Assembly (NCBI GenBank): GCA_963777505.1
Contig: CAVZQN010000006.1
Location: forward strand, 256,001-320,000
Direction of reading: 5' to 3'
Source of the DNA: an uncultured bacterium
Lineage (GTDB): Bacteria; Acidobacteriota; HRBIN11; JAKEFK01
Length of the DNA: 64,000 bases
Positions 60,743 to 64,000 of this stretch are shown here, piece after piece (positions within the stretch are counted from its first letter, which is position 1; each line of letters starts with the position of its first letter). A program made the position numbers and the translations under genes. The notes beneath the pieces were generated by a model. That model saw only the letters and a program-made list of their open reading frames with translations, ran no database searches and had not been told where the DNA came from.

Positions 60743-63385
60743 ATGAAAACAAACGAAGTTCGTAAAACATTTCTCGATTTTTTTAAAGATCGTGGCCATA
60801 CGATCGTTCCATCTTCATCATTAATCCCTCACGGTGATCCAACGCTGCTTTTTACAAACGCAGGAATGAATCAATTCAAAAATGTCTTTTTGGGAATTGA
60901 AAAGCGCGATTATCCGCGCGCTGTTTCGTGCCAGAAATGTGTACGTGCAGGTGGAAAGCATAATGACCTTGAAAATGTAGGAAAGACCGCGCGCCATCAT
61001 ACATTTTTCGAAATGCTTGGAAATTTTTCCTTCGGCGATTACTTCAAAAAAGAAGCAACAGCCTGGTCATGGGAACTTGCGACACAAGGTTTTCGAATGG
61101 ATCCGGAACGAATTTGGATTTCAATTCACCATTCCGATGATGAAGCTTTTCAACTCTGGTCAAAACATGTTGGTGTTCCCGCTGAGAGAATTGTGCGCCT
61201 CGGAGACAAAGATAATTTCTGGGCTATGGGCGATACAGGTCCATGTGGGCCATGCTCCGAACTTTACTACGATCAGGGTCCCGAATTCGGTTGCCAACGC
61301 GCTGAATGCAATCTTGAATGCGACTGCGGACGGTATACAGAATTTTGGAACCTTGTGTTTATGCAATTTAATCGCAATGAAAAAGGGGAATTGATTCCAC
61401 TTCCAAAGCCTTCGATTGATACGGGTGCAGGGCTTGAGCGCACTACAACTTTAGTTCAGGGAGTTGAGAGCAACTTTGAAATCGATTCAATTTTCCCATT
61501 GATTGAACTTGCAGGAAATCTTTCGGGAGTGAAATGGAAAGCTTCCGAAGCGACAGATGTAGCTCTCAAGGTTCTGGCAGATCATTCACGCGCCACAACA
61601 TTTTTGATTGCTGAGGGCATCACTCCTTCAAATGAAGGGCGTGGTTATGTCTTAAGAAGGATTATTCGAAGGGCACTTCGTTACGGGCGGCTGCTGCATT
61701 TTGGTGACGCTTTCCTTTATAAGATCACAGATAAAGTTGTGGATCTTATGCAGGATGTTTATCCGGATTTAACTCCTGCCCGTGAATATGTTTCACAGGT
61801 CTGCAAATCAGAAGAAGAAAAATTCAAAAGTGTTGTAGAAAATGCAACTTCGCAGCTTGAAGAAGTCTTTGAAATAGCAACGGAACAAAAAAGATCAAAA
61901 CTCACTGGAAAAGAAGTTTTCAAACTATACGATACGTTTGGTCTGCCACTCGATTTTGTTCAAGAAATAGCGACGGAACGAAATTTTGAAATCGATATTT
62001 CAGGCTTTGAAGAAGAAATGGAGAAGCAGCGCAAAGCTGCGCGAGCAGCCTGGAAAGGTGACAATGCCTTTGAAGCTCAGGAAGTTTACCGAAACTTGAG
62101 CCAAACCTTCCAAACGACTTTCACTGGCTATTCTTCGGTTCAAGAAACAAATTGTGAAATCGTTCAGATTTTGCAGGACTACAAAACCGTTGGAAAAATT
62201 TCAAAAGGGGAAACGGCTGAAATCATTCTAAATAAAACATGCTTTTATGCTGAATCCGGTGGACAGCTTGGTGATCGCGGTGAACTTGTAAGTTCATCCG
62301 CTAGAGCAAAGGTGGTGGATACGCAGGTTCCAGTACAAGGCTTAATTGTTCACCAGGTAGAAGTAGTGGAGGGCTCATTCGAAACGGGGCAATTTGTAAA
62401 TGCAACTGTTGATCCTGTATTCCGCGCTTCGGTCCGTAAAAATCACACTGCGACGCATGTGCTTCATGCAACTTTGCGCGAAACATTTGGGGAACATGTT
62501 AAACAGGCAGGCTCGCTTGTCGCCCCAGATCGCTTGCGATTTGATTTCACTCACTATGGCGGACTAAAAGCGGACGAAATTCGCGATCTCGAACACCGTG
62601 TGAACGAGCGTGTGTTGTCGAACTATATTGTGAATACCGAAGTTACAACAGTTGAAAAAGCGATGTCGGAAGGGGCAATGGCTCTCTTTGGCGAAAAATA
62701 TGGCGATGATGTTCGAATGGTCACCATCGGTGAATTCAGTAAAGAACTGTGCGGTGGCACACATTGCGCAACAACAGGTGAAGTAGGCGCATTTTTAATT
62801 GGACGCGAATCAAGTACTGCAGCTGGGATTAGACGCATTGAAGCAGTAACAGGTCAAACAGCCCTCGATTATGTTCAACAGGAACGAAAGTTAATTCAAG
62901 ATTTAACATCCTCATTGAAAATTTCGCGCGAAGATTTATTGCAACGAATTCAAGAACTGATCGATCGCAACAAAAAGCTTGAAAAGGAAATTGAAAAATT
63001 AAAGACAAAAGGAATACAGACTGAAGCGGACATTGCGCTGTTCCGCGATGAAAAGCTGCAAGATGGAAAACGGATCTACGTTCGTGTGTTTGAAGATTCC
63101 GAATCGGATCAATTAGGAAATTTTGTTGATGAAACATTTAGATCCGGGGCTTTTGCGGCCGTTGTCGCTTCCTCCGTTTCAAATGGTGCCATTGCCGTTA
63201 GAGTTGGTGAAGATAAGGATGCTGCCAAATTGTTGCGCAACTATTTCGCTCCAAAATTCGGGGGCGGCGGCGGCGGAAGGAAGGATTTTGCTAAAGGCGG
63301 CCTGAAAAAGACCACGGAATTGCCACCTACTGAGTTCCTCGAGGAGCTCGTTCAGTTAAGTAAGAAGTACTTCTCTGAAGGTTAA
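60743..63385 (+). CDS. alaS: Alanine--tRNA ligase
   Basis: LLFTNAGM, RHHTFFEMLGNFSFGDYFK, GPCGPCSE, NHTATH, ELCGGTH, GGGGG. Confidence 0.98.
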   Translation: MKTNEVRKTFLDFFKDRGHTIVPSSSLIPHGDPTLLFTNAGMNQFKNVFLGIEKRDYPRAVSCQKCVRAGGKHNDLENVGKTARHHTFFEMLGNFSFGDYFKKEATAWSWELATQGFRMDPERIWISIHHSDDEAFQLWSKHVGVPAERIVRLGDKDNFWAMGDTGPCGPCSELYYDQGPEFGCQRAECNLECDCGRYTEFWNLVFMQFNRNEKGELIPLPKPSIDTGAGLERTTTLVQGVESNFEIDSIFPLIELAGNLSGVKWKASEATDVALKVLADHSRATTFLIAEGITPSNEGRGYVLRRIIRRALRYGRLLHFGDAFLYKITDKVVDLMQDVYPDLTPAREYVSQVCKSEEEKFKSVVENATSQLEEVFEIATEQKRSKLTGKEVFKLYDTFGLPLDFVQEIATERNFEIDISGFEEEMEKQRKAARAAWKGDNAFEAQEVYRNLSQTFQTTFTGYSSVQETNCEIVQILQDYKTVGKISKGETAEIILNKTCFYAESGGQLGDRGELVSSSARAKVVDTQVPVQGLIVHQVEVVEGSFETGQFVNATVDPVFRASVRKNHTATHVLHATLRETFGEHVKQAGSLVAPDRLRFDFTHYGGLKADEIRDLEHRVNERVLSNYIVNTEVTTVEKAMSEGAMALFGEKYGDDVRMVTIGEFSKELCGGTHCATTGEVGAFLIGRESSTAAGIRRIEAVTGQTALDYVQQERKLIQDLTSSLKISREDLLQRIQELIDRNKKLEKEIEKLKTKGIQTEADIALFRDEKLQDGKRIYVRVFEDSESDQLGNFVDETFRSGAFAAVVASSVSNGAIAVRVGEDKDAAKLLRNYFAPKFGGGGGGRKDFAKGGLKKTTELPPTEFLEELVQLSKKYFSEG

Positions 63386-63434
63386 ATTCAGCTCTATACC
63401 CCCGTAAAGTCATAAGAATGAGACACTTAGCCCG

Positions 63435-63464
63435 TTGACATTCACCCTCCTAGAATGCTAAGAT
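63435..63464 (+). promoter_or_regulatory. Possible sigma70 promoter
   Basis: TTGACA 63435-63440, 18 bp, extended TGc-TAAGAT. Confidence 0.45.
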
Positions 63465-63543
63465 TTACGAGCCTGATGAACTCAGACAAATATGAATTGG
63501 GGACTTGTGTCTCTGTATTTTGGGACTTTAGTTTAACTGAATT

Positions 63544-64000
63544 ATGAAACAATTCTACAATTTTGCCTTTTTGGCTGTGCTTATGTTTTCAGGATTCTCT
63601 TTTGCGGATCCAGTTCTTTTCAAAATCGATGCAAAAGGCAATAAAGTCTTTTACAATAACCCGCCAAAAATTAAGTCGAATCGTTTGACTGAAGGCGGGC
63701 AAGTAGCCCTTGGATATTCGAATAAAGTCGCGCTTTATTCGGATCTTATTCAAACAATTTCTGGACGTCACGGAGTTGATCCGGAATTGGTTAAAGCTGT
63801 CATTCAGGTAGAGTCGAACTATAATGATCGTGCCGTATCTCATAAAGGAGCCATGGGGCTTATGCAATTGATGCCAGCAACTGCGGCAAGATATGGAGTC
63901 GTTTCCGCCTTTGAACCATCACAAAACATTGAAGGCGGAGTACGATATTTAAAAGACCTTCTACAACTTTTCAATAACGATATTCGACTCACTGCAGCAG
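63544..64000 (+). CDS. Lytic transglycosylase (SLT domain), 3'-truncated by window edge
   Basis: Open frame from ATG 63544: signal peptide, then AVIQVESNY...AVSHKGAMGLMQLMPATA...NIEGGVRYL. Confidence 0.9.
   Translation, partial: MKQFYNFAFLAVLMFSGFSFADPVLFKIDAKGNKVFYNNPPKIKSNRLTEGGQVALGYSNKVALYSDLIQTISGRHGVDPELVKAVIQVESNYNDRAVSHKGAMGLMQLMPATAARYGVVSAFEPSQNIEGGVRYLKDLLQLFNNDIRLTAA

Overview
Gene-dense bacterial chromosomal window. The PadR plus duplicated orphan permease pair and the housekeeping neighbourhoods suggest Acidobacteriota or a close relative (inference). Most of it is ordinary: asd (partial), kup, acnA, typA, rtcA, nadB, coaD, rpe, bamD, smc, ilvE, pilT-recX-alaS, several peptidases and three tRNAs (Leu-TAG, Cys-GCA, Ala-GGC). 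Single-base indels split several genes, mostly in the first 10 kb; these look like long-read assembly errors. The standout locus is 16972-18250. A near-consensus sigma70 promoter drives a nearly leaderless 27-codon peptide with 5 Cys codons. It is followed by an antiterminator and two tandem intrinsic terminators that appear coupled in a cascade, then a truncated, active-site-degenerate ATP-sulfurylase-like gene and a tRNA-Cys. This reads as a candidate cysteine-sensing, ribosome-mediated transcription attenuator controlling a pseudoenzyme and a tRNA. Other notable items are a sigma54-preceded tandem-annexin/peptidoglycan-binding protein, a dead+live duplicated LytS-type kinase, a pseudokinase-TonB fusion and several families of short intergenic repeats. 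All calls come from reading motifs by eye; no database searches or folding programs were run.
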